From Gammaproteobacteria bacterium (GTDB lineage Bacteria > Pseudomonadota > Gammaproteobacteria > Pseudomonadales > Pseudohongiellaceae), in the NCBI GenBank assembly GCA_036796405.1, contig DAIRDB010000002.1:89106-153105 (forward strand): DNA of 64,000 bases, given 5' to 3'. Made by a program: the position numbers and the translations under genes. The notes below the pieces were generated by a model. It searched no databases. It was not told the DNA's origin and saw only the letters and a list, made by a program, of their open reading frames with translations. Of this stretch, positions 23,642 to 33,336 are shown piece after piece. Numbering within the stretch: the first letter of the stretch is position 1; every line of letters begins with the position of its first letter.

Positions 23642-24604
23642 TCACCACGTCTCGTGCGGGTTCTCGTCGGCCTGCGCCTCCACCAGGATGTCGCCGAAAC
23701 GCTCGAAGGCGATGGCCTTTATCTCGTAGGACAGCTTCTGGAACAGATGCCTCGATGCCGCATTGCGGCGCCACATGGCGATGTGGGTTCGGGTGAAATC
23801 CTCGTCTTCCAGCTTGCGGGTCACGAGACTCTCCGCTTGGTTGAGTTCGGCCTGGATGAACAGGTCCGGCAAGAAGGCGATGCCCATGCCGAGCATGGCC
23901 ATGAGCCGCATCGAAGACAGTGTGTTGGCCGGCGCCTGCCGCAGCAGTGCCGCGCCATATTTGTCGCAGAGCCCCAGCAGCTGCCGGTACAGGTGATGGC
24001 TTTCGTCGATGCTGATCACCGCCTGCTGATGCAGATCGCGCCCCAATAACCGGGGTTTGCGGGCCAGCGGATGTTCGCTGTGGAACACGGCGCGCAACGT
24101 CTCGCTGAACAGGGGACGCACACGGTTGTTACCGGTATTCATGGGTAGCACGGTGAGGATGAGATCGTAGTCGCCGGCCGCCAGACCCTGCTCCAGCTGC
24201 CGCGGGATCGCTTCCTGTATCTGCAGCCTCAGCAGGGGGTAGCGCTTGTGCAGCTCAGGCAGCACGCGCGGCAGCAGATAGGGACCCATGGTAGGGCTGA
24301 CCCCCATGCGAAAGGTACCGGCCAGTTCCTGCTGACCCTGCTCGGACAGATCGGCCAGCTGCTGGTAATGATCGAGAATTTCACGGGCCAGTGGCAGCAG
24401 TTCACGCCCGGCCGGAGAAAGCAGCGTGCCGGCCCGAGAGCGATCGAACAACTGCACGCCAAGCACCTCTTCCAGTGTCGCGATCTGCATGGTGAGCGCA
24501 GGCTGACTCAGGCCGAGTTGCTCGGCGGCCCCCCGAAAACTCGAGGCACGCGCAATGGTAAGGAAGTATTCGAGCTGCTTGATGCTTGGGCGTTTGACAT
24601 TCAT
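23642..24604 (-). CDS. LysR family transcriptional regulator
   Basis: N-terminal wHTH IKQLEYFLTIARASSFRGAAEQLGLSQPALTMQIATLEEVLGVQLFDR plus a LysR substrate-binding domain. Start at ATG 24602-24604. Confidence 0.88.
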   Translation of the reverse strand: MNVKRPSIKQLEYFLTIARASSFRGAAEQLGLSQPALTMQIATLEEVLGVQLFDRSRAGTLLSPAGRELLPLAREILDHYQQLADLSEQGQQELAGTFRMGVSPTMGPYLLPRVLPELHKRYPLLRLQIQEAIPRQLEQGLAAGDYDLILTVLPMNTGNNRVRPLFSETLRAVFHSEHPLARKPRLLGRDLHQQAVISIDESHHLYRQLLGLCDKYGAALLRQAPANTLSSMRLMAMLGMGIAFLPDLFIQAELNQAESLVTRKLEDEDFTRTHIAMWRRNAASRHLFQKLSYEIKAIAFERFGDILVEAQADENPHETW

Positions 24605-24713
24605 GTTTTTATAGCCTGAGCAAGACTTGGGCCGGCCAGAACCGGGGACCGTTTGCCACAGTCGTCGCGGCGCCACGTAAAATAGCCTAACCGCTCAGCG
24701 AGTACAGCACAGC

Positions 24714-24929
24714 ATGAACCGCACCGACCACGACGAACCCGATTCCGGCCGCGTTGCCCCGACCGGGCCCGAACCCGAGCCCACCGTCGCTCCCCGAGAA
24801 TACGACCGCAGCGGCCTCTATCCTGAAGAGGGCAAGGCCTTTCGCCTGTGGGCCATCCTCGGCTGGAATCTGCTGGTGGTGGCGCTGCTGGCCGCTGCGG
24901 CTGCTGCGCTCAACATCATCCTGTTGTAA
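24714..24929 (+). CDS. small hypothetical membrane protein
   Basis: 71 aa with strongly GC3-biased codons and a single C-terminal TM helix (LWAILGWNLLVVALLAAAAAALNIILL). No family recognised. Confidence 0.5.
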   Translation: MNRTDHDEPDSGRVAPTGPEPEPTVAPREYDRSGLYPEEGKAFRLWAILGWNLLVVALLAAAAAALNIILL

Positions 24930-24943
24930 GCGGTGGGTAGCGC

Positions 24944-25555
24944 TCAGCCGTTCATCGCGGCAATGTACAACTCGATCTGCTGTAGCCTGGCGATGGGGTC
25001 TTCCAACTCGAGCAGCACCTGTTTTTCCTTGTTGGCAATCGGCAGCAGCTCGCTCAGCCGCCAGGCTACCTCGCGCAGGTTGTCGAAGCTCATCGCCAGA
25101 TTGAGGTCGGCAACCGCCGGATGGCGCGAAAGCCCCCGCAGCAGCTCGACATAGTCGGCAAATTCATCCCTCACCTCGACAATATTGGCGTCGACCGCAT
25201 CGTCGGGACGGAACTTCACCACGGCTCTGCACAGGTTGTTGGCCTCGCGCCAGGTCTCCAGCACCTGGAAGGTCCGGCGGCCCTCGACTTCGATGCCAAG
25301 CAGACCATTGGACAACTGGTTCCAGTCGACCACCACGCTATAGGTGCCCACGCGATGCACGTCGAGCCGCTTGCCGGGCTGTGCCACCTCGGCACCCGTG
25401 GCAATCAGCACGATGCCGAACCCGCTGCCATCGCGCAGACACTGACGAATCATATCGATGTAGCGCGACTCGAAAATCTGCAGGCTGATACGGCCCTTCG
25501 GAAACATCACCGAGTTCAGGGGAAACAGGGGGATGGTTTCCAACAACTTCTCCAC
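24944..25555 (-). CDS. LON substrate-binding (Lon N-terminal) domain protein
   Basis: IPLFPLNSVMFPKGRISLQIFESRYIDMI is typical of stand-alone Lon N-terminal domain proteins. Confidence 0.85.
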   Translation of the reverse strand: MEKLLETIPLFPLNSVMFPKGRISLQIFESRYIDMIRQCLRDGSGFGIVLIATGAEVAQPGKRLDVHRVGTYSVVVDWNQLSNGLLGIEVEGRRTFQVLETWREANNLCRAVVKFRPDDAVDANIVEVRDEFADYVELLRGLSRHPAVADLNLAMSFDNLREVAWRLSELLPIANKEKQVLLELEDPIARLQQIELYIAAMNG

Positions 25556-25556
25556 C

Positions 25557-26954
25557 TCAGCGCTCCCGTAGGGCCTGCAGCAGACGCAGGTGCAGTCCCT
25601 CGAACCCCCCGTTGCTCATGATGACGATGTGGTCACCGGCGCGGGCCTCCTGCCGCAACCAGTCGAGGATGCGGTCAGTGGAGTCTATGGCGTGGAATTC
25701 AACCGTTGCTGCTGCAGCGATGGCGTCGAGATCGAGCCTGGCGGCGGCCGCGCGATACCAGAGCACTGCATCGGCAGCGGCGAGCGAGGCTGCCAGCGTG
25801 TGCTGGTGATAGCCCATTTTCATGGTGTTGGAGCGCGCCTCGATCACTGCCAGCACTCGGCCCGCCGCCCCTTGCCGCGTCAGCGTGGCACGCAAGCCGC
25901 GCAGCGTGGTGTCTATGGCCGTCGGATGATGGGCAAAGTCGTCGTACACATGGATGCCGGCAATTTCCCCGATCTTTTCCAACCGACGCTTCACACCCTC
26001 GAACGTACAGAGCGCCTCGGCACTTACCCGCAGCGGAATGCCGGCATGCGCGGCGGCAGCAGCCGCCGCTACGGCGTTCTGCATGTTGTGGTCTCCCAGC
26101 AGCGACCAGCGCACCTCGGCGCTCTCGCTGCCCTTCGCGATGCGCAGGGCTGAACCATCGGCACTGAGGGCCTGGTAAGTCCAGTCGGCACCGGCACTGC
26201 CGTCGACCCCACAGCGCTGGATCGGACACCAGACGGTGCGTGATTTCTCACCCTGTACCGCAAAGACCTGCTCGAGGGCGGCAGAACCGGTTGGCGCGAC
26301 GATCAGACCCAGGGAAGGTAGCGTTTTGCACAGATGCTGGAACTGGATCTGGATGTCCTCGAGCGACCTGAAGATATCGGCATGATCGAATTCGAGGTTG
26401 CCCATGATGCAGGTGCGCGGCAGGTAGTGAATGAACTTGGAGCGCTTGTCGAAAAACGCACTGTCGTACTCGTCGGCCTCGATCACGAAGAAACTGGAGC
26501 TGCCAAGCCGCGCCGAAACACTGAAATTCTTGGGAACACCCCCGATGAGATAGCCGGGATCCATGCCAGCGTGCTCCAGGATCCAGGCCAGCATGCTGGT
26601 GGTGGTGGTCTTGCCATGGGTTCCTGCCACGGCCAGCACCCAGCGCCCGTGCAGCACATGCTCGGCCAGCCAGGCCGGTCCCGAGGTGAACTTGAGTCCG
26701 CGCTCCAGCACGTACTCCACCGAGGGATTACCGCGCGAACAGGTGTTGCCGATCACGACCAGGTCCGGCTTGTTATCGAGTAGATGCTGGGGATCGTAGC
26801 CGCTGCAGAGCGCGATGCCCTGCTCCTGCAACTGCGTGCTCATGGGTGGGTAGACGTTCTGGTCGGAACCGCTCACCACGTGACCCAACTGCTTGGCCAG
26901 CACGGCCAGACTGCCCATGAAGGTACCGCAGATGCCGAGTATGTGAATGCGCAT
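25557..26954 (-). CDS. mpl: UDP-N-acetylmuramate:L-alanyl-gamma-D-glutamyl-meso-diaminopimelate ligase
   Basis: MRIHILGICGTFMGSLAVLAKQLGHVVSGSDQNVYPPMS and the Mur ligase P-loop GTHGKTTTTSM. Start at ATG 26952-26954. Confidence 0.92.
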   Translation of the reverse strand: MRIHILGICGTFMGSLAVLAKQLGHVVSGSDQNVYPPMSTQLQEQGIALCSGYDPQHLLDNKPDLVVIGNTCSRGNPSVEYVLERGLKFTSGPAWLAEHVLHGRWVLAVAGTHGKTTTTSMLAWILEHAGMDPGYLIGGVPKNFSVSARLGSSSFFVIEADEYDSAFFDKRSKFIHYLPRTCIMGNLEFDHADIFRSLEDIQIQFQHLCKTLPSLGLIVAPTGSAALEQVFAVQGEKSRTVWCPIQRCGVDGSAGADWTYQALSADGSALRIAKGSESAEVRWSLLGDHNMQNAVAAAAAAAHAGIPLRVSAEALCTFEGVKRRLEKIGEIAGIHVYDDFAHHPTAIDTTLRGLRATLTRQGAAGRVLAVIEARSNTMKMGYHQHTLAASLAAADAVLWYRAAAARLDLDAIAAAATVEFHAIDSTDRILDWLRQEARAGDHIVIMSNGGFEGLHLRLLQALRER

Positions 26955-27085
26955 GCCTGTCTGCCTGACGGGAAACGGCCGAATTGTCGCATGGATCGCT
27001 GCCGGCCGGCGCAAGGCGCCGATCGGCAAATTACCCGGACGATCTCGATCCAGTAGAATGCCGCGCACGAATGAAGGAGCCTGCC

Positions 27086-28345
27086 ATGAGCAACAACAAC
27101 GTGTTTTACGCCCAATCGGGTGGAGTAACTGCCGTGATCAATGCCTCGGCCTGCGGCGTGATCGAGACGGCGCGGCAACTGCCTGCCTTCGGCAAGGTGT
27201 ATGCAGGTCGCAACGGCATCATCGGGGCGCTGCGTGAAGAACTCATCGACACCAGCCACGAAAGCAGCGCCACCATCGCCGCCCTGCGCCACACGCCGGC
27301 GGGTGCCTTCGGTTCGTGCCGCTACAAACTGAAGAGCGTCGAGCAAAACCGTGCCGAATACGAGCGTCTGATCGACGTGTTCCGTGCGCACAACATCGGC
27401 TATTTCTTCTACAACGGCGGCGGAGATTCGCAGGACACGGCCAACAAGGTGGCGCAGTTCAGCCAGCAAATGAATTTCCCGATCACCTGCATCGGCATAC
27501 CCAAGACCGTCGACAACGACCTGCCGATCACCGACTGCTGTCCCGGCTTCGGTTCGGTGGCCAAGTACGTTGCCGTATCCATCCGTGAGGCCGGCCTGGA
27601 CGTTGCCTCGATGGCGGAAAGTTCCACCAAGGTCTTCGTGATGGAGGTCATGGGTCGACACGCCGGCTGGATCGCTGGCGCGGCGGGACTGGCGGCCGAA
27701 CAGGAAGGCGATGCGCCGCACCTGATCGTGTTCCCGGAAATCGCCTTCGACAAGGCGGCCTTTCTCGCCAAGGTGCGCGAGTCGGTGGTTCGCCATGGTT
27801 ACTGTGCCATCGTGGTCAGCGAAGGCGCCCACTATGCCGACGGCACGTTCCTCGCAGACGCCGGCGGCAAAGATGCCTTTGGTCATACCCAGTTGGGGGG
27901 TGTTGCACCGTTCCTGGCGGCGATGATCAAGCAAGAACTCGGCTACAAGTACCACTGGGCCGTGTCTGACTATCTGCAGCGCGCAGCACGCCACATTGCC
28001 TCCGCCACCGACGTGGCGCAGGCCTATGCCATGGGCAAGGCTGCCGTGGAATTCGCACTGACCGGCAAGAACGCCGTGATGCCAACCATCGTGCGCGAAA
28101 GTTCCTCCCCGTACCGTTGGTCGGTGGGGGAGGCGCGGCTCAGCGATGTGGCCAACGTCGAAAAGAAAATGCCGCGCGATTTCATCACGGAGGACGGGTT
28201 CGGCATCACCGCAAAAGCGCGTGAGTACTTTGCACCGCTCATTCAGGGCGAGGATTACCCGCCCTATCGCAACGGGCTACCGCAGTATGCCCGCCTGCAA
28301 CAGGTGCTGGTTCCCCAGAAGCTGCCGGCCTGGACCGGCAAGTAG
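27086..28345 (+). CDS. pfk: 6-phosphofructokinase family enzyme, probably pyrophosphate-dependent
   Basis: PFK fold motifs GGGDSQDT and GIPKTVDNDL. Start at ATG 27086, preceded by AAGGAG with a 6-nt spacer. Lys in PKTVDND is the PPi-type residue. Confidence 0.88.
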   Translation: MSNNNVFYAQSGGVTAVINASACGVIETARQLPAFGKVYAGRNGIIGALREELIDTSHESSATIAALRHTPAGAFGSCRYKLKSVEQNRAEYERLIDVFRAHNIGYFFYNGGGDSQDTANKVAQFSQQMNFPITCIGIPKTVDNDLPITDCCPGFGSVAKYVAVSIREAGLDVASMAESSTKVFVMEVMGRHAGWIAGAAGLAAEQEGDAPHLIVFPEIAFDKAAFLAKVRESVVRHGYCAIVVSEGAHYADGTFLADAGGKDAFGHTQLGGVAPFLAAMIKQELGYKYHWAVSDYLQRAARHIASATDVAQAYAMGKAAVEFALTGKNAVMPTIVRESSSPYRWSVGEARLSDVANVEKKMPRDFITEDGFGITAKAREYFAPLIQGEDYPPYRNGLPQYARLQQVLVPQKLPAWTGK

Positions 28346-28356
28346 GCGCCTTCGCG

Positions 28357-29913
28357 ATGGCTCGCATCCTGCTGGCAGGCGCCCTGCTCACTTTCGTGGT
28401 GGTGGGCGGCTGGCAGCTGACGGTACCTGGCCTGTACTACGACGAACTGCTGTTCGTCGACGCCGCGCTGGGGCATCCGAATGGCCAGTTCCGCGATTTC
28501 TCGCTCGGCCCCGTGCCGATCATGCTGATGACCTACATCGGCGCCCTGAAGGCCTGGCTCTACTCGCCGATCTTCCAGTTGTTCGGCGTGAGCGCATACA
28601 GCGTGCGCCTGCCGGTGCTGCTGATCGGCGCCCTCACGCTTTGGGTCAATGCCAAGATGCTGGAGCGTGCCTTTTCGCGCCAGGCGGCGCTGGTCTTCCT
28701 GCCGCTGGCGGCCGTGGAGCCGTCGACCCTGCTGCATACCCGGCTCGACTGGGGCCCCACGGCATTGATGATGTTGCTGCGGGCGCTGCTGCTGCTCGGC
28801 ATAGTGAGTTGGATCCGCACGCGCGAACCCCGTTTCCTGTGGCTAGCGCTGGGAGCTGCCGCGCTCGGTACGTTCGACAAACTCAACTTTCTCTGGTTCG
28901 CCCCGGCCTTGCTGCTGGCACTCGTGCTGGTGTACCCCGGAGTCATCCTCGATTTCTGGCGGCAGCAGCGCCGCCAGTTCCTGGCAGTACTCGGGGGCGG
29001 CGGCGCGGCAGCGGCCTTGCTGCTGGCCTATACCTCACGGGTGGTTGCACTCAGCGACGATACGGGCACCTTCGATCCGCTGTACCGCTTTGCCGTGGTG
29101 CGGCAACTACTCACCGGTGAAGTGGCAGGCGTGGGCGTCTATTCCGTAGTGACCACCCGCGACGATCTGTGGATCCTCGCTGCTCCCCACCTGCAGATTC
29201 TGCTGGTCGCTGGTGTCGGGGCGCTGCTGTGTGGGCTCTGGCAGCGCCAGCGGATCGAGTGGCGCATGCTGGTCTTTCTCGGGCTGTTCTTCCTCTTCAC
29301 GCTGCTGGCGCTGTACCTGACGCCGCAGGCGACCGGCCCTCACCACCTCGCGACCCTGGTGCCGAGCTGGCTGTTTGCCCTTGCTGCCCTGCTGGGGCCG
29401 GCTTTCGAGGGAGGCAACCCCTGGCGCCGCGTCCTGGCTGGGCTGGCCGGGCTGCTCGTTGTCGTGGTCTGCGGTTCGTCCCTCAGGATGGTCTGGCATT
29501 CACTGGAAGGTTTTGCTGCCGCCCCCAAGCCGGCCTGGGATGCAGGCTCGACCCGTCTCGCAGAGACGCTCCGGCAGTTTCCTGATCAGCCGATCGTCAC
29601 CGTGGACTGGGGCAGCGCAACCACCATCAACGGTCTCACCGACGGCAGGGCGGAGATCCTCGACGAATGGCCGCTGTTCCTGCAACCGCTCGACGAGGAG
29701 CGCGTCCGACACTTCGAGGCCCTGTTGCCGCGGCAGCCGCTATTCGTGGTGCCGGCCGAGGGCAAGGCGAACTTTCCAGTGACACGCGAGACATTTTTCG
29801 CCGCAGCCTCGGCACGGGGCTGGACGCTGCAGCGCCTTGCCACCATTCCTGCCTACGACAGTACACCACTCTACGAACTCTACCGGGCCGACCTGCCGAC
29901 CCCGCCACCGTGA
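28357..29913 (+). CDS. polytopic membrane protein, GT-C (ArnT/PMT-like) glycosyltransferase candidate
   Basis: 518 aa with many TM helices, a YYDELLF acidic motif after TM1 as in GT-C enzymes, and a soluble C-terminal domain. Family assignment is from memory only. Confidence 0.55.
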   Translation: MARILLAGALLTFVVVGGWQLTVPGLYYDELLFVDAALGHPNGQFRDFSLGPVPIMLMTYIGALKAWLYSPIFQLFGVSAYSVRLPVLLIGALTLWVNAKMLERAFSRQAALVFLPLAAVEPSTLLHTRLDWGPTALMMLLRALLLLGIVSWIRTREPRFLWLALGAAALGTFDKLNFLWFAPALLLALVLVYPGVILDFWRQQRRQFLAVLGGGGAAAALLLAYTSRVVALSDDTGTFDPLYRFAVVRQLLTGEVAGVGVYSVVTTRDDLWILAAPHLQILLVAGVGALLCGLWQRQRIEWRMLVFLGLFFLFTLLALYLTPQATGPHHLATLVPSWLFALAALLGPAFEGGNPWRRVLAGLAGLLVVVVCGSSLRMVWHSLEGFAAAPKPAWDAGSTRLAETLRQFPDQPIVTVDWGSATTINGLTDGRAEILDEWPLFLQPLDEERVRHFEALLPRQPLFVVPAEGKANFPVTRETFFAAASARGWTLQRLATIPAYDSTPLYELYRADLPTPPP

Positions 29914-29923
29914 GCCCTGGACC

Positions 29924-30799
29924 ATGCTCTACACCATCTTCTCCGTCATCGCCCCCGTTTTTCTCTGCGCCCTGCTGGGTTTCCTTTGGGTGAAGAAGGA
30001 CCTGCCCTTCGATACGCCTTTCGTGTCGCGGCTGGTGCTGGAAATCGGTGCGCCCTGCCTGATTTTCTCCTCGTTCATGGAGCAGGACATCGACATGGCA
30101 ACGTTCGGCACCATGGCCAAGGCGGCGCTGCTGTCCATGCTGCTGTTCGGTATCGTCGGTGGCAGCATCCTGCACCTGGCCGGACTGGACCAGCGCACAT
30201 GGCTGCCCTCCCAGGTATTTCCCAACTCCGGCAACATGGGACTGCCGCTCTGCCTGCTGGCCTTCGGCGAAGAAGGGCTGGCGCTCGGCATGACCTATTT
30301 CATGGTGATGACGGTCTTCAGCTTCACGCTCGGCGTGATGATCACCTCCGGCAAGCTCACCTTGCGCGAGTTCGCCAGCAATCCCACCTTCGTCGCGGTG
30401 CTGATCACGCTACTGTTCCTGTTCACCGGCACCAAGCCCTGGGTCTGGGTGCAGAACACCACGCAACTGCTCGGAGATTTCACCATCCCGTTGATGCTGA
30501 TCGCGATGGGGGTGTCACTGGCGCGCTTTCGCATCACCAGCGCGGGCCGCAGCATCCTGATTGCCGCGTTGCGCCTCGGCATGGGTTTCGTGGTGGGCGT
30601 GGGCGTGGCCGAACTGTTCGGACTGACGGGTGTCATGCGTGGCGTGACGATACTGCAGAGCGCCATGCCGGTTGCCGTGTTCTCCTACCTGTTCGCGGTG
30701 AGGTACAACCGCAGTCCGGAGGAAGTGGCGGGGACCGTGGTGATTTCTACCCTGCTGTCATTTGCCACTCTGCCAGCGCTGTTGTGGTACGTGCTCTAA
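29924..30799 (+). CDS. AEC (auxin efflux carrier) family transporter
   Basis: MLYTIFSVIAPVFLCALLGFLW... About ten TM segments, typical AEC architecture. Start at ATG 29924. Confidence 0.82.
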   Translation: MLYTIFSVIAPVFLCALLGFLWVKKDLPFDTPFVSRLVLEIGAPCLIFSSFMEQDIDMATFGTMAKAALLSMLLFGIVGGSILHLAGLDQRTWLPSQVFPNSGNMGLPLCLLAFGEEGLALGMTYFMVMTVFSFTLGVMITSGKLTLREFASNPTFVAVLITLLFLFTGTKPWVWVQNTTQLLGDFTIPLMLIAMGVSLARFRITSAGRSILIAALRLGMGFVVGVGVAELFGLTGVMRGVTILQSAMPVAVFSYLFAVRYNRSPEEVAGTVVISTLLSFATLPALLWYVL

Positions 30800-30868
30800 G
30801 CACTGCTTCACAGACCCACGCCCGGCAACCCGACACCGGTACCGTGCAGGACCGCCGTTGGCTCGGGC

Positions 30869-31525
30869 TCAGGGAGCCACCCGCGTGAGCTGCCAGGCGC
30901 CCGTGCCCTCGCGTGCATAGCGAAAGCTGTCGTGCAGGCGATGAGCACCTCCCTGCCAGAAATCGATGGAATGTGGCTGGACACGAAAGCCACCCCAGTG
31001 CGGTGGCCGCGGCACGGGCCCATCACCGAACCTTGTCTTTACCGACTCCAGCCGCGCCAGCAAGGCCGCCCGCGATGGTAGCGGCTCGCTCTGCGGCGAG
31101 GCCCAGGCGGCCAACTGCGAATCGCGGGGCCGACTGGCGAAATAGTCGGTCGATGCCGCTTCATCGAGCCTGGCCGCCACTCCCGTGACTTTCACCTGAC
31201 GCTCCAGCATGTGCCACGGAAACAGCAGACTGACCTGCGCAGACCCCGCGATTTCCTGCCCCTTGCGACTCAGATAGTTGGTGTAGAACACGAAACCGGC
31301 CACGTCCACCCCCTTGAGCAGGACGATCCGCTGCGAGGGCTGTCCATCAGCGGCCACGGTGGCCAGCACCATGGCCGTGGGATCGGCAATGCCGGCCTCG
31401 ATGGCCTGCTGTAGCCAGCGGGCAAAAAGCGCGAAGGGATCTTCTGGCAAGTCACGACGCCGCAGGCCACCGCGGAGATACTCGCGGCGCAGTTGATCGA
31501 GGGTGAGGCTGGGGTCTTGTTGCAT
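30869..31525 (-). CDS. pdxH: pyridoxamine 5'-phosphate oxidase
   Basis: LRREYLRGGLRRRDLPEDPFALFARWL..., RIVLLKG, FYTNYLSRKG and the C-terminal IDFWQGGAHRLHDSFRY motifs. Confidence 0.93.
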   Translation of the reverse strand: MQQDPSLTLDQLRREYLRGGLRRRDLPEDPFALFARWLQQAIEAGIADPTAMVLATVAADGQPSQRIVLLKGVDVAGFVFYTNYLSRKGQEIAGSAQVSLLFPWHMLERQVKVTGVAARLDEAASTDYFASRPRDSQLAAWASPQSEPLPSRAALLARLESVKTRFGDGPVPRPPHWGGFRVQPHSIDFWQGGAHRLHDSFRYAREGTGAWQLTRVAP

Positions 31526-31632
31526 GGGAATCCTTCTCTGCCCGGCGTAGTGCAGGGGTACAATTGCCGCCGTCCCGCAGGGCGCACAGCAGCGGCACAC
31601 AGCGGCCTTCACCTTACCACGTTGGAGCTTTC

Positions 31633-32508
31633 ATGGCGTTTTCCACTGCATTCATCGGTCTTGGCACCATGGGCTACCCCATGGCGGGTCACTTGCTCAG
31701 GGCGGGCCACACCGTCACGGTCTTCAACAGAAGCGCAGAGAAAGCGGCCCGCTGGCAGCAGGAGCATGGCGGTGCCGTTGCTGCCACGCCGGCGCAGGCA
31801 GCCAGCAAGGCCGACTTCATATTCATCTGCGTGGGCAACGATGACGACCTGCGCACCGTGGTCAAGGGCGAGGGAGGCATTTTCGATGCGGCACGACCAG
31901 GTGCCATCCTCGTGGATCACACCACTACCTCGGCCACCGTGGCGCGCGAACTCGCTGCCGAGGCTCTGACACGGGGTCTGCACTTCCTCGATGCACCCGT
32001 GTCCGGCGGCCAGGCGGGCGCGCAGAGCGGCAAGCTCACCGTGATGGTTGGCGGTGATCCGACGGCCTTCGCGCGCGCCGAGCCGGTCATCCAGAGTTTC
32101 GCGGCCAGCTGCAAGCTGCTCGGTCCGAGTGGCTACGGCCAACTCTGCAAGATGGTGAACCAGATCTGCATCGCAGGGCTGGTACAGGCACTGTCGGAGG
32201 GCATCCACTTCGCCAGGCATGCCGGCCTTGATGTGGCGCTCGTCATGGAGGTCATCAGCAAGGGCGCGGCGGCGTCCTGGCAGATGCAGAACCGGTGGCA
32301 GACCATGCTGAACAACCAGTTCGACTTCGGTTTTGCCGTCGACTGGATGCGCAAGGACCTCGGCATCGCACTGGCAGAAGCTGCACGCAACGGCTCGGCG
32401 CTGCCGGTGACGCAGCTTGTGGATCAGTACTACGCCGAGGTGCAGAAGATGGGGGGCAACCGGTGGGATACCTCGTCCCTGATCGCGCGACTCGAGGCCG
32501 GCCACTGA
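31633..32508 (+). CDS. NAD(P)-dependent 3-hydroxyisobutyrate dehydrogenase-family oxidoreductase
   Basis: [34 protein letters not shown] Rossmann motif and DAPVSGG. GGAG 5 nt upstream of ATG 31633. Confidence 0.88.
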   Translation: MAFSTAFIGLGTMGYPMAGHLLRAGHTVTVFNRSAEKAARWQQEHGGAVAATPAQAASKADFIFICVGNDDDLRTVVKGEGGIFDAARPGAILVDHTTTSATVARELAAEALTRGLHFLDAPVSGGQAGAQSGKLTVMVGGDPTAFARAEPVIQSFAASCKLLGPSGYGQLCKMVNQICIAGLVQALSEGIHFARHAGLDVALVMEVISKGAAASWQMQNRWQTMLNNQFDFGFAVDWMRKDLGIALAEAARNGSALPVTQLVDQYYAEVQKMGGNRWDTSSLIARLEAGH

Positions 32509-32617
32509 CCGCCCCTGGGCACACGAGCGGCACCTGCTCACCACCCTGCGAGTCCACTGCGGAGTGCTGCAATGCAACGCGGGCGCAGGCGCTGTGTCAC
32601 CGCGCGTGTCACCGCTG

Positions 32618-32646
32618 TTGACGCTCCTGCGGACTGCGCTTAGAGT
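32618..32646 (+). promoter_or_regulatory. putative sigma70 promoter of the HNH gene
   Basis: TTGACG (32618-32623), N17, TAGAGT (32641-32646). Located about 40 nt upstream of the HNH ORF. Two GTGTCACCGC direct repeats abut the -35 element. Confidence 0.3.
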
Positions 32647-32682
32647 CCGGCGCAAGGTTGGTGCTTGCTGCCTGGGTATTGC

Positions 32683-33267
32683 ATGTATCGCATCGAAAAG
32701 TCCGACGATCACGCTCACATCCTGCGATTGAATCTGGCCGGCAGTCCTGTCGAATGGCTGACGTGGCAGGAAGCCACTACGCTCTACGCGAGGGATCTCG
32801 TCACCTGGACGCTTGGCGACTGCATTCGAACCGTGCACGGCGGCATTTCCCGACAGAGTGGGGTACGCAGCAGTATTGCGCTGCACAGTATCATTGCCTG
32901 CGAGGGGGAACTGCAGGGAGGGCGGGCGCGCAAGCCGGCCCTCAACAACCGCATCCTGTTCCGCCGCGACCAAAACGTCTGCATGTATTGCGGCAAGAGT
33001 TTCGCCGACCGCGATCTCAGCTGTGACCACATCGTTCCGACCTCGCGCGGCGGCCGCAACATCTGGGTGAACGTGGTGGCTGCCTGCAAGCGCTGTAACC
33101 ACTACAAGCAGAACAAAACACCCCAGGAAGCCGGCATGGAGTTGTTGGCGCTGCCCTATGAACCCAATCCCGCCGAGTACCTCGCACTGGTCAATAGCAA
33201 GCGCATCCGGGTCGACCAGATGGATTTCCTGCGCCAGCAGTTTTCGAGGAATTGCCGGCTGCAATAA
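32683..33267 (+). CDS. HNH endonuclease family protein
   Basis: CMYCG...DHIVPTSRGGRNIWVNVVAACKRCNHYKQNK is a canonical HNH/zinc-finger motif. The N-terminal ~100 aa are uncharacterised. Start at ATG 32683 (TTG 32665 possible). Confidence 0.85.
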   Translation: MYRIEKSDDHAHILRLNLAGSPVEWLTWQEATTLYARDLVTWTLGDCIRTVHGGISRQSGVRSSIALHSIIACEGELQGGRARKPALNNRILFRRDQNVCMYCGKSFADRDLSCDHIVPTSRGGRNIWVNVVAACKRCNHYKQNKTPQEAGMELLALPYEPNPAEYLALVNSKRIRVDQMDFLRQQFSRNCRLQ

Positions 33268-33336
33268 GCCATAGGCGGAACCGCTTGCTGCGGGCTCGCT
33301 GGACCAGGCTGGTGCGTGACCGCTCGCTGCCGACGA

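Noticed and set aside
31609-33264. 551-aa minus-strand ORF antisense to the dehydrogenase and HNH genes. Similar long antisense ORFs occur at 1949-3184, 21121-22482, 26873-27994, 46097-47251 and 48666-50069.
   Set aside because: All are mirror frames of genes with clear family motifs. None shows motifs or a codon-bias pattern of its own.
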